From assembly GCA_964230215.1 (NCBI GenBank), contig CAXRGQ010000014.1, forward strand, positions 222,669 through 286,668: DNA of 64,000 bases, read 5' to 3'. This document shows, piece by piece, positions 9,525-17,529 of the stretch. Position numbers and translations under genes: made by a program. The notes under the pieces are model-generated. The model was not told where the DNA came from. It saw nothing but the letters and a program-made list of their open reading frames with translations, and ran no database searches. The stretch's first letter is position 1; the number at the start of each line of letters is the position of its first letter. The DNA is from Flavobacteriales bacterium (GTDB lineage: Bacteria > Bacteroidota > Bacteroidia > Flavobacteriales_D > JAUILH01).

Positions 9525-9619
9525 AACAAGAGTAAGTTTTACCTTCAACTTCAAAACAAGAGTAAATAATTAGTATTTTTACCCTTGAATGATGATCAAG
9601 TGTAAATGTTACTCTCGTT
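9525..9619 (+). promoter_or_regulatory. Composite direct/inverted repeat array ending at the fic start codon (candidate operator or 5'-leader hairpin)
   Basis: AACAAGAGTAA occurs at 9525-9535 and 9555-9565, a 30-bp spacing. Its near-perfect inverted copy TTACTCTCGTT is at 9609-9619. Nested inside, TTTACCCTTGA (9578-9588) pairs with TCAAGTGTAAA (9596-9606). Confidence 0.45.
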
Positions 9620-10702
9620 ATGAACAGCTTCAATAAATCTCAACCTTATAATAATCTACCTCTACTTCCTCCAAAAGCAGATTTAGAAACTAAAGAAATT
9701 CTAACAAAAACCATTAAAGCCAGTAGAGCCTTAGCTCAACTAAATGGTGCTATTCGAAACCTGCCAAACCCTAGTTTATTTCTTGATACACTGCACTTAC
9801 AAGAAGCAAAAGCTAGCTCAGAAATTGAGAACATCATAACAACAAATGATGACCTGTATCAAGCTGTGGTGGCTGACAAAAAATTTGACAACACAGCCAC
9901 TAAAGAAGTAATTAGTTATAAAGAAGCTATTTGGCTTGGATTAAAAAAGCTGAAAAAAAAACCATTTATAACAACTAATCTATGTGTAGAACTTGTGCAA
10001 TGTATTAAACAAAATACTGCGGGTATTAGAACAACACCTGGTACTACACTCTCAAACATTAAAGGAGAAGTAATATATACGCCTCCTTCTGGAGAACAAG
10101 TTATAAGAGAAAAAATGGCTAATCTCGAAACTTTTATCAATGAAAATGATTCATTGGATCCACTGATAAAAATGGCCATTTCGCATTACCAATTTGAAGC
10201 AATTCATCCATTTTCTGATGGTAATGGAAGAACTGGTCGAATTCTACTTTTACTTCAATTGAAACTAGAGCAATTACTAGATATTCCTGCTTTATTCCTG
10301 AGTGAATATATTATTAAACATAAAGACCAATATTATAAAGGCTTAAGAGCCGTAACAGAAAAAAATGATTGGCCTAAATTCATAATCTTCATGTTAGATA
10401 TGGTAGAAACAACTTCAATAAAAGGCTTAGATCGGCTAGAATCCATAATTCAACTTATGGAAACTACTGGACAAGAAATAAAAGAAAAACTTCCAAAAGT
10501 ATACTCAAAAGATTTAGTTGAAGTCATTTTTAAACTGCCCTATACAAAAAGACAAAACCTTATTGACATTAACTTAGGAACACCAAAAACAGTTGGAAAC
10601 TATCTAATTGCTTTAGAAGAAGAAGGCTTCCTAAAATCTGTCAGAGTAGGAAAGGAAAAGTTATACTTGAATCAGCAATTGATGAACATACTAGAAAATT
10701 AA
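9620..10702 (+). CDS. fic: Fic-family protein (Fido domain, predicted AMP-transferase) with N-terminal inhibitory-helix motif and C-terminal winged-helix-like domain
   Basis: The canonical Fic motif HPFSDGNGRTGR is present. The upstream motif SSEIEN fits (S/T)xxxE(G/N), the class II auto-inhibition motif. The C-terminal TVGNYLIALEEEGFLKSVRVGKEKLY looks like a wHTH. Confidence 0.9.
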   Translation: MNSFNKSQPYNNLPLLPPKADLETKEILTKTIKASRALAQLNGAIRNLPNPSLFLDTLHLQEAKASSEIENIITTNDDLYQAVVADKKFDNTATKEVISYKEAIWLGLKKLKKKPFITTNLCVELVQCIKQNTAGIRTTPGTTLSNIKGEVIYTPPSGEQVIREKMANLETFINENDSLDPLIKMAISHYQFEAIHPFSDGNGRTGRILLLLQLKLEQLLDIPALFLSEYIIKHKDQYYKGLRAVTEKNDWPKFIIFMLDMVETTSIKGLDRLESIIQLMETTGQEIKEKLPKVYSKDLVEVIFKLPYTKRQNLIDINLGTPKTVGNYLIALEEEGFLKSVRVGKEKLYLNQQLMNILEN

Positions 10703-10857
10703 AAAAGGCGCGTAGGTACAATACACTGAGTTTAATCGCATAACCCACACGTCTCCAAACGTATAATGAGCTGCTAAAACAGTAATCCGTATATTAGATA
10801 AACAAAACCTTTGGTGCACGCGTTTTAGCTTGTCCCGTTGGCAGCAGTTAAAAGAAA

Positions 10858-11538
10858 ATGACCTATATTATTCTGTTAATAGTTATAGTCTCTGTTGGTA
10901 TCCTTTATGCTTATAAGCTAAAACCAAAAGAAAAATCAGATGAAGAACTTTTCGAAGAAATATTAAATGACCCTAGAGTTAATTCACGTGAAGTTGGAGA
11001 ACGAGAAGGTATTAAATATTTCCAGTATATGGAAGATGGAAAAACTGGATTTAGAGACTTAGATGGAAATATTGTAATCAAAGCCATTTACGAGTCGGCT
11101 GAAATGTTTTCGGAGGAACATTCTGCAGTTGCAATTGATGGGAAATGGGGACTGATTAATGAAAAAGGAGAATATGTAATTGAACATCAATATGACTTTT
11201 TAGGAGGAGTTCATAATGGTCTCGTAAGTTTTAGACAAAATGATTTAATTGGATTTTGGGATGTAAATGGCAATGTGGTTATTGAGCCAAAATTTCACTG
11301 GGCTGATGAATTTTCAGAAGGACTCTGTGTCGTGAGTACTGATTGGCAAACAGACGAACCAAGATTATATGGGTATATTGACACCACTGGAAACCTCAAA
11401 ATTGATTTCAAATTTCAACATGCGAATAAGTTTGAAAATGGAATTGGAAAAGTTCAACTAAACCATCTTTGGGGTGCAGTTGATAAGGAAGGAAAAGAAG
11501 TGGTTGAAATCAAGCATAAATGCACAAGTGACTTTTAA
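10858..11538 (+). CDS. Membrane-anchored WG-repeat (KWG) protein
   Basis: An N-terminal TM helix (YIILLIVIVSVGILYAY) is followed by 4-5 WG-type repeats: DGKWGLINEKGEYVIEHQYDF, IGFWDVNGNVVIEPKFHWADEF, YGYIDTTGNLKIDFKFQHANKF and LWGAVDKEGKEVVE. Confidence 0.75.
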   Translation: MTYIILLIVIVSVGILYAYKLKPKEKSDEELFEEILNDPRVNSREVGEREGIKYFQYMEDGKTGFRDLDGNIVIKAIYESAEMFSEEHSAVAIDGKWGLINEKGEYVIEHQYDFLGGVHNGLVSFRQNDLIGFWDVNGNVVIEPKFHWADEFSEGLCVVSTDWQTDEPRLYGYIDTTGNLKIDFKFQHANKFENGIGKVQLNHLWGAVDKEGKEVVEIKHKCTSDF

Positions 11539-11834
11539 TGAAAGACCTAATTGTTTATATAGTAAAAGGAAGCATTCTTTCGGTCTTGATTTTCTTTTCG
11601 ATTTCATTCCTTTTTGTCCTTTATCGGATAAGCCCTATAACAATGGAAGATACTTACAGTCTTGAAATCGGGTTTCCATTTAGATATTATGAGCAATTCC
11701 AATTAAGAGGAAATCCGTTTGTAAATTCTGGATGGCATTTAAAAAACTTGTTTTGGGATTGCTTAATTACTTGGATTGCTGTTTGCGTCCCTTATGTGAT
11801 AATAAAAAGAAAAAAAGCTGATAACATTGGTTAA
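11538..11834 (+). CDS. Small integral membrane protein of unknown function, translationally coupled to the WG-repeat gene
   Basis: 98 aa. There is a TAATG stop/start overlap at 11536-11540. Two or three hydrophobic helices are present (SILSVLIFFSISFLFVLY, LFWDCLITWIAVCVPYVII). Confidence 0.55.
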   Translation: MKDLIVYIVKGSILSVLIFFSISFLFVLYRISPITMEDTYSLEIGFPFRYYEQFQLRGNPFVNSGWHLKNLFWDCLITWIAVCVPYVIIKRKKADNIG

Positions 11835-11978
11835 GAAAATCATAGCCACCCTGCGAGATGGTAACGCTTTTTAGTCGACATGCTACCCGCCACAACTTTT
11901 CCAACAAAATTCCCCACCCCAAATTAAACCTTCCAAATTTCCCCAAGTCTAAACAACCATAACCTTAAAACAAGTAAA

Positions 11979-12401
11979 ATGAAAAAGTTAATAATCCTTA
12001 CCATCGCAATATTTGCAAGTACACTTGTAATGGCGCAAGACAAGAAAGAAAAGCCAAGTGCTGAAGAGAGAGCTGAAAAACGCACTGAGAAAATGGCAAA
12101 AGAGCTTGAATTGTCGGAAGAACAAAAAGAAAAAGTCTATGATTTGGTCTTAAGTTCAATTAAAGAAAGGGATCAAGTGCGTGAGGAAAACAAAGCCTTG
12201 AAGGAAGAAAGAAGGGAGAAGAAGAAAGCAGAAATGGAGGAATTTGATGCAGAAATGAAATCCATCCTAACAGATGAACAAGCTGAAGTTTGGGAGGCAA
12301 AGAAGGCAGAAAGAAAAGGTAAACATGATGAAAGAAGAGGAAAGAAGGGACCACGTGGCCCACACGGTGAACATCATGCGCCAGATTTGGATGAAGAATA
12401 G
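11979..12401 (+). CDS. Small periplasmic LTxxQ-motif (Spy/CpxP-like) protein, paralog of 9002-9352, with basic/Gly-Pro-His tail
   Basis: Signal peptide MKKLIILTIAIFASTLVMAQ. The body aligns with 9002-9352. The C-terminal tail is KGKHDERRGKKGPRGPHGEHHAPDLDEE. Confidence 0.7.
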   Translation: MKKLIILTIAIFASTLVMAQDKKEKPSAEERAEKRTEKMAKELELSEEQKEKVYDLVLSSIKERDQVREENKALKEERREKKKAEMEEFDAEMKSILTDEQAEVWEAKKAERKGKHDERRGKKGPRGPHGEHHAPDLDEE

Positions 12402-12433
12402 TATTTCTATTGTCTAAAAATATAATCACAAAC

Positions 12434-12466
12434 AAAAAGCCCTGACAATCGTGTCAGGGCTTTTTT
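12434..12466. terminator. Bidirectional rho-independent terminator between convergent genes
   Basis: AGCCCTGACA, loop ATCG and TGTCAGGGCT form a perfect 10-bp stem flanked by AAAAA on the left and TTTTTT on the right. Confidence 0.8.
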
Positions 12467-12484
12467 ATTTCTTGATGTGAAAGA

Positions 12485-13945
12485 TTAATAATAAATCAAT
12501 CTTCTCACCTTCGCTATGTATTTAGCTAATCTAATTACCTGCTTAGTGTAACCGAATTCGTTATCGTACCATGCGTAAATTACAACGTTTTTACCGTCGT
12601 TTGAAACGATAGTAGCGTTGCTGTCATAAACTGAACAACAGCTATTTCCAATAATATCGTTCGATACTAATTCTGGATCAATGTTATAGTTGATTTGGTT
12701 CACTAAATCTCCTTCCAACGCAGCTTTGCGCATAAGTGCATTCAAATCTTCCACTGTAGTCGCTTTTTCAAGCTGAAGACTTAATATCGCTAAAGATCCG
12801 TTTGGTGTAGGTACACGAACAGCATTTGCAGTCAATTTGCCATCTAGAGATGGAATTACTTTTGTTACTGCTTTTCCAGCACCTGTTGAGGTAATTACCA
12901 TGTTGATAGCTGCAGAACGACCTCTTCTTGGTTTCTTGTGCATGTTGTCCAACAAGTTCTGGTCGTTAGTGTAAGCGTGCACTGTTTCAATGTGACCCTT
13001 AACTACACCTAAATTATCTTCAACCACTTTTAGCACTGGGCTAATTGCGTTTGTGGTACAAGATGCTGCAGACCAAATGTCTACATTATCAATGTCCTCT
13101 GAACCATGGTTAATACCGTAAACGATATTCGGAATACCAGACCCAGGAGCCGTTAACAATACTTTATTTGTTCCCTTAGCCTGTAAGTGACGGCTTAAGG
13201 CTTCTTTATCTTTATATACACCTGTGTTGTCAATTACCAAGGCATTTTCAATGCCATATGCAGTGTAATCAGCTTCTTCTGGTGTTTTAGCTTCAATTAA
13301 GTGAATAATTTGTCCGTTGATAATTAAGGCTTTGTTTTCGTAATCTTCTACAATGGTTCCAGCGAATTTCCCGTGAACTGAATCGTTTCTTAACAATGCT
13401 GCACGTTTTTTGATTTGCTCATCGCTAGCATTTCTTGTTACGATAGCACGTAATCTCAATTGCTGTCCTTTACCTGCTTGTTTGATTAATTCTCTTGCAC
13501 ATAAACGTCCAATACGTCCAAAACCGAATAAGACAACATCTCTTGGCTCAACTGAGTGACTAACATCACTAAAAATTTCACCAAGCTTATCTTTCAAGAA
13601 GTCGGTAGCCGAATTAAAATTAGCTTTTTCGTCTAGGTACTCAGACGCCAATTTACCAATGTCTAATTTTGATGGCTTAAGGTCTAAAGCGTACAATGCT
13701 TGAGCCAATTCAGACGTAGTGTAGATATCCACTTGTTTGTGAATTACATTGCGTCCGTACTCATGTAACTTCAGAACTTCAGATACACTGCAATCCACTA
13801 AGTGATTTCTGAAAAGAACCAATTCAGTTCCTTTTTCATACAATAGTTGACCCACAGCGCTAATTAAATTAACGGCAGCTTTTTCACGGCCGATCCAGTT
13901 CTGTAATTCAGATTCGTAACCGGCAGCTTTTACATTTGTTTCCAA
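12485..13945 (-). CDS. gap: Glyceraldehyde-3-phosphate dehydrogenase, long (about 480 aa) form
   Basis: It has the NAD-binding motif GFGRIGR, the catalytic motif AASCTTNAISP, and the C-terminal WYDNEFGY. About 130 extra N-terminal residues precede the Rossmann fold. Confidence 0.9.
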   Translation of the reverse strand: METNVKAAGYESELQNWIGREKAAVNLISAVGQLLYEKGTELVLFRNHLVDCSVSEVLKLHEYGRNVIHKQVDIYTTSELAQALYALDLKPSKLDIGKLASEYLDEKANFNSATDFLKDKLGEIFSDVSHSVEPRDVVLFGFGRIGRLCARELIKQAGKGQQLRLRAIVTRNASDEQIKKRAALLRNDSVHGKFAGTIVEDYENKALIINGQIIHLIEAKTPEEADYTAYGIENALVIDNTGVYKDKEALSRHLQAKGTNKVLLTAPGSGIPNIVYGINHGSEDIDNVDIWSAASCTTNAISPVLKVVEDNLGVVKGHIETVHAYTNDQNLLDNMHKKPRRGRSAAINMVITSTGAGKAVTKVIPSLDGKLTANAVRVPTPNGSLAILSLQLEKATTVEDLNALMRKAALEGDLVNQINYNIDPELVSNDIIGNSCCSVYDSNATIVSNDGKNVVIYAWYDNEFGYTKQVIRLAKYIAKVRRLIYY

Positions 13946-13965
13946 TGTGCTTAGAATTTAAAGGT

Positions 13966-14829
13966 TTAACCTAGATAGGTTTTTAATAATTTACTTCTTG
14001 AGGTGTGACGTAAACGGCGAATAGCCTTTTCTTTAATTTGTCGAACGCGTTCTCTTGTTAAATCAAACTTAGAACCGATTTCTTCAAGCGTTAAACCGTG
14101 TGCCATGCCTATTCCGAAGAATAAACGAATAACATCACGCTCTCTTTCAGTCAAAGTTGATAAGGAACGTTCAATTTCTCTCTGTAATGATTCACGCATT
14201 AACTCGTTGTCTGCGTTAGGCGAATCATTGTTTACTAGTACATCTAGTAACGAGTTGTCTTCTCCATCCACAAACGGTGCATCTACTGACACATGTCTTC
14301 CTGAAACTTTCATTGTATCAGATACCTTGTCTTCTGGAAGATCTAAAGCCTGTGCAATTTCACTTGCGCTTGGTGGTCTTTCGAATTCCTGCTCTAATCG
14401 AGAGAATGCCTTATTGATTTTGTTTAGCGATCCCACCTGGTTAAGTGGAAGACGAACAATTCTAGATTGCTCTGCTAAAGCTTGTAATATAGACTGACGA
14501 ATCCACCATACAGCGTATGAGATGAATTTAAATCCACGTGTTTCATCAAATCTTTGAGCGGCCTTGATAAGACCTAAATTTCCTTCGTTAATTAAATCTG
14601 GTAGTGTTAAACCTTGATTCTGATATTGTTTAGCAACTGAAACAACAAATCGTAAATTCGCTTTAGTTAATTTCTCCAAAGCTACTTGATCACCTTGCTT
14701 TATTCTTTGGGCTAATTCCACCTCATCATCGGCAGTAATTAAATCCTCTTTTCCTATTTCTTGTAGATATTTGTCTAATGATTGACTTTCTCTGTTAGTT
14801 ATCGACTTGGTGATCTTTAATTGTCTCAT
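13966..14829 (-). CDS. rpoD: Primary RNA polymerase sigma factor (Bacteroidota-type RpoD/SigA, 287 aa)
   Basis: Recognisable regions are [39 protein letters not shown] and the region 4 sequence [29 protein letters not shown]. Confidence 0.95.
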   Translation of the reverse strand: MRQLKITKSITNRESQSLDKYLQEIGKEDLITADDEVELAQRIKQGDQVALEKLTKANLRFVVSVAKQYQNQGLTLPDLINEGNLGLIKAAQRFDETRGFKFISYAVWWIRQSILQALAEQSRIVRLPLNQVGSLNKINKAFSRLEQEFERPPSASEIAQALDLPEDKVSDTMKVSGRHVSVDAPFVDGEDNSLLDVLVNNDSPNADNELMRESLQREIERSLSTLTERERDVIRLFFGIGMAHGLTLEEIGSKFDLTRERVRQIKEKAIRRLRHTSRSKLLKTYLG

Positions 14830-14951
14830 AAAAGTTTAATGTTGTGTTATTGCTAACTGAATACTATGAAATCAAAAAGCCACTGTGAAGTGGGGTGCAA
14901 ATGTAAGCTAATTGAAGCTTAAAATCAAAATAAAAACTCAACTTTTCTAGC

Positions 14952-15419
14952 CTATTCTTTGGGCTCATTTTTATCTAAGTGGATAATAGATTTTTCTAGG
15001 TTTTCGCGCATCTTTTCGTTCTTGCGTTCCAGGATTTCATTGGCCTTTTTGGGGTCACCATTAAGGTTTATTAGGTTGCGCTCTATAATGAGTTCATCTT
15101 GAGCTCTCATGTTGAATGAAGTCATGACAATTACTAAATCTTCACCGCTTAATTTGTAGGTGTCCATAAAGGTGCAGGCATCCATTTCTTTGATGTCATC
15201 ATACATCTTTTGAAGCGAATCCAATGTGGATTTTGGCATGTCAAAGGTGTAAGGTTTTCTTTCAGGTCTAGCCAAACCAGAATCTTTAATAAAGGCTTGT
15301 GCTTGATCATAAGACTTGTATGTTCTGCAGGAGGTGTCTCCTTCTTCGGGTTTGTCCTCACAAGCTACAAATAATGCCAGTGCCGTAATTATGCCAACAA
15401 CAAAAATCGATTTCTTCAT
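14952..15419 (-). CDS. Lipoprotein of unknown function
   Basis: The internal ATG at 15419 gives MKKSIFVVGIITALALFVAC, a lipobox with Cys. The ORF-track start at 15506 would add 29 non-signal residues. Confidence 0.6.
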   Translation of the reverse strand: MKKSIFVVGIITALALFVACEDKPEEGDTSCRTYKSYDQAQAFIKDSGLARPERKPYTFDMPKSTLDSLQKMYDDIKEMDACTFMDTYKLSGEDLVIVMTSFNMRAQDELIIERNLINLNGDPKKANEILERKNEKMRENLEKSIIHLDKNEPKE

Positions 15420-15560
15420 GCTTCCCGCTTTGTTTTTCAGCTGCAAATTTAACTCAATCCAAGTGGATATCATATTTGGATGAGCAGAATAATTGTATTT
15501 ATACATAATGTAATGCAGAAGTTGGGGTTTGGTACAAGATTGATGTGTTAGTATGAACTA

Positions 15561-16514
15561 TTACTGCCTAATCACCAACTTTCCAGTATCCACTTTTTTC
15601 CCATTCACATCAAAGCGCCACATGTAGATGCCAGAGCTAAGTTGCGGCAAATGAACATCACGTTCAAGCTTACCAGTTAAGTTAGCAGATTTATAAACCA
15701 ATCTACCTGAACTATCCCATAGACTAAACTGTCCATTTTGTTCTTCCATCACACCAAAATTGATAGTAAACTGTCCAGTATTTGGATTGGGATATACGTT
15801 AATAAAGTTGGTGTTGGCTGTTGTGTCTGGTGGTAGCGTGCATTTTGTTACTGAAACGTCATCTATATAAACGACATGACCATCATTATTGTTCCCAGTC
15901 CAAATAACTTCAGAAAATTGCCAAAATCCACCAATAGTTATATACTTTTCACCTCCTTTAGCCTGATAGAATCCACTTATTTCACTCCATTTAGAAGTGT
16001 CTGAATAAATAACACCCTCCATTCTAATTTGTGCAGGTGCATTTATAAATGAGCCAGTCGTTTGAAAAGTTGAATCCTTTGACAAATAAGCACCGATTCC
16101 ATCAGTAAACAAATCGGTAGAAGGAACTGCCAAAGGAGAAACAAAAAAAGAGATACAATAACCCGAATCCTTTGCCAAACTGTCCGATAATTTAACCGCA
16201 ATATACTCGTGAAAAACTGCTCCCCCATCAATAATCGAAATCATTATATAGCAGCTGTCAGTGCGAGGAGGTTGGAACCCGCCAATATTGTGCGGCGTGC
16301 TATAAGAGGGGTCAAGAGAACAAGAAGACAACAAATCTGGAGACCCAAAAGCATTGGGATTGTACCAATATTTAGTAAAATGAATTTGATTTGGTCCTGT
16401 CACACAACTATCTAGTTCTTCAAAACTCGGATTCGGAACTAAATTCTGGGCAAAAAAATGTCTGGGGTACGCGACCCCAGACAAGATTAATAGTATGTAT
16501 TTCAGTGTAAACAA
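15561..16514 (-). CDS. Secreted T9SS cargo protein (type-A CTD), tandem paralog B
   Basis: 317 aa with a TTG start and signal-like N-terminus MFTLKYILLILSGVAYPRHFFAQ. It has the NLVPNPSFEELDSC entry motif and a C-terminal Por tail (VYPNPNTGQFTINF...GIYMWRF...KLVIRQ). Confidence 0.8.
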   Translation of the reverse strand: MFTLKYILLILSGVAYPRHFFAQNLVPNPSFEELDSCVTGPNQIHFTKYWYNPNAFGSPDLLSSCSLDPSYSTPHNIGGFQPPRTDSCYIMISIIDGGAVFHEYIAVKLSDSLAKDSGYCISFFVSPLAVPSTDLFTDGIGAYLSKDSTFQTTGSFINAPAQIRMEGVIYSDTSKWSEISGFYQAKGGEKYITIGGFWQFSEVIWTGNNNDGHVVYIDDVSVTKCTLPPDTTANTNFINVYPNPNTGQFTINFGVMEEQNGQFSLWDSSGRLVYKSANLTGKLERDVHLPQLSSGIYMWRFDVNGKKVDTGKLVIRQ

Positions 16515-16602
16515 TGGCTATTTGTTTATCACTAATCTTTCGGTTTTTAATGTCAATCCATTTGACACAATCTTAACTATGTACAAGCCCGTATGGAGGT
16601 TA
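16419..16602 (-). repeat. 184-nt conserved duplication block, copy B (5' end of the paralog, spacer and fossil CTD tail)
   Basis: It aligns to 17464-17647 at roughly 9 of 10 positions by eye. The rest of the paralogs is much more diverged. Confidence 0.85.
16518..16601 (-). pseudogene. Orphan fragment: last 27 codons plus stop of a T9SS C-terminal domain, copied from the 3' end of the 677-aa gene
   Basis: It translates as NLHTGLYIVKIVSNGLTLKTERLVINK*. The genuine gene end at 17563-17646 reads NLNTGLYVVKIMSNGLTLKTERLVINK*. There is no upstream ORF in frame, and it abuts the stop of 16600-17529 out of frame. Confidence 0.8.
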
Positions 16603-17529
16603 TTGCGCAATAATTAATTTTCCCGTTGCTTCCTTGTTGCCATCCACATCAAAACGCCACAGATAAAGCCCTGCACTTACTTGGGGCAAGTGGATTTCGT
16701 CTTCAAACTTTCCAGTTAGTTGAGTAGATCGGTAAACCAGTCTGCCTGCATCATCCCATAAACTAAATTGCCCTCTTTTGTTTTCAACGACACGATAGCT
16801 TATTGTAAACTCTCCAGAATTGGGATTAGGAAAGACATTCAGAAAATTTATGTTTGAGCTGGTGTCAAGAGGTAAACTACATTTTGTTACAGAAACATCA
16901 TCAATTAGTAAATAGGCTGCTTCATTTTGTTCGATTAACCAATTAATTTCACTATCCTGCCAAAAACAACCCAATGTTATAAACTGTTCTCCTCCAGTTG
17001 CCACGTAGTACCCAGATACTTCAACCCAATTCGCTGTATCTGTTATGATATTTCCTGTTTCGTTTCTGATCTGTGCAGGCAGTTGAAAAAAAGTGTTGGC
17101 GGTTTGATACAGAGAATCAACGGATAAGTATATTCCTATGCCATCATGAGCATTTTTGATACTAGGGTCTTCGGCTGCATTTACATAGAAACGAACACAG
17201 TAAAGGCTATCTTTTTTTAAGGTATCTGTAAGACGAACAGAAGCGTATTCTCTGTTGAACTGGCTTCCCCAAACGCCTACGATTAGTCCAATATAACTGG
17301 AATCTGTTCTTGGTTGTTGAAATCCTGTTGAGTTATATGGTACATCTGTTTCCGTTGAAAATGAACATGAAGAATATAAATCAGGACTTGTGAAAGCATT
17401 TGGGTTAAACCAATTTTTTAGGTTGTAAAGTTGTCCGTCATCTGATGGGCAACTGTCAAGCACTTCAAAACTCGGATTCGGAACCAAGTTCTGGGCAAAA
17501 AAATGTCTGGGGTACGTGATCCCAGACAA
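16600..17529 (-). CDS. Secreted T9SS cargo protein (type-A CTD), tandem paralog A; true start uncertain
   Basis: 309 aa from TTG 17529, about 50% identical to paralog B, with a C-terminal Por tail (VFPNPNSGEFTISY...GLYLWRF...KLIIAQ). The codon homologous to the paralog B start is CTG at 17557-17559, which would restore the hydrophobic signal core LFKLKYILLIL. Confidence 0.75.
   Translation of the reverse strand: MSGITYPRHFFAQNLVPNPSFEVLDSCPSDDGQLYNLKNWFNPNAFTSPDLYSSCSFSTETDVPYNSTGFQQPRTDSSYIGLIVGVWGSQFNREYASVRLTDTLKKDSLYCVRFYVNAAEDPSIKNAHDGIGIYLSVDSLYQTANTFFQLPAQIRNETGNIITDTANWVEVSGYYVATGGEQFITLGCFWQDSEINWLIEQNEAAYLLIDDVSVTKCSLPLDTSSNINFLNVFPNPNSGEFTISYRVVENKRGQFSLWDDAGRLVYRSTQLTGKFEDEIHLPQVSAGLYLWRFDVDGNKEATGKLIIAQ

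Noticed and set aside
9353-11978. Calling the Fic insert a mobile element
   Set aside because: I found no integrase, transposase, tRNA target or terminal direct/inverted repeats. I kept it only as a compositional and synteny hypothesis.
14105-14497. 130-aa plus-strand ORF inside rpoD
   Set aside because: It is antisense to a very well-supported sigma-70 gene. Its composition is low-complexity and Ser/Leu-rich, typical of a shadow ORF.
14874-14895. Hairpin CCACT-GTGA-AGTGG with a flanking A-run, considered as a minus-strand terminator upstream of rpoD
   Set aside because: The stem is only 5 bp, which is too weak to call, and it would leave little room for the rpoD promoter.
15420-15506. N-terminal extensions in the ORF track (also 26170-26199, 22652-22699, 58946-58969, 7790-7831, 34010-34027)
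   Set aside because: Internal ATGs give canonical signal peptides, lipoboxes or family-typical N-termini, so the longer forms are probably over-extensions.
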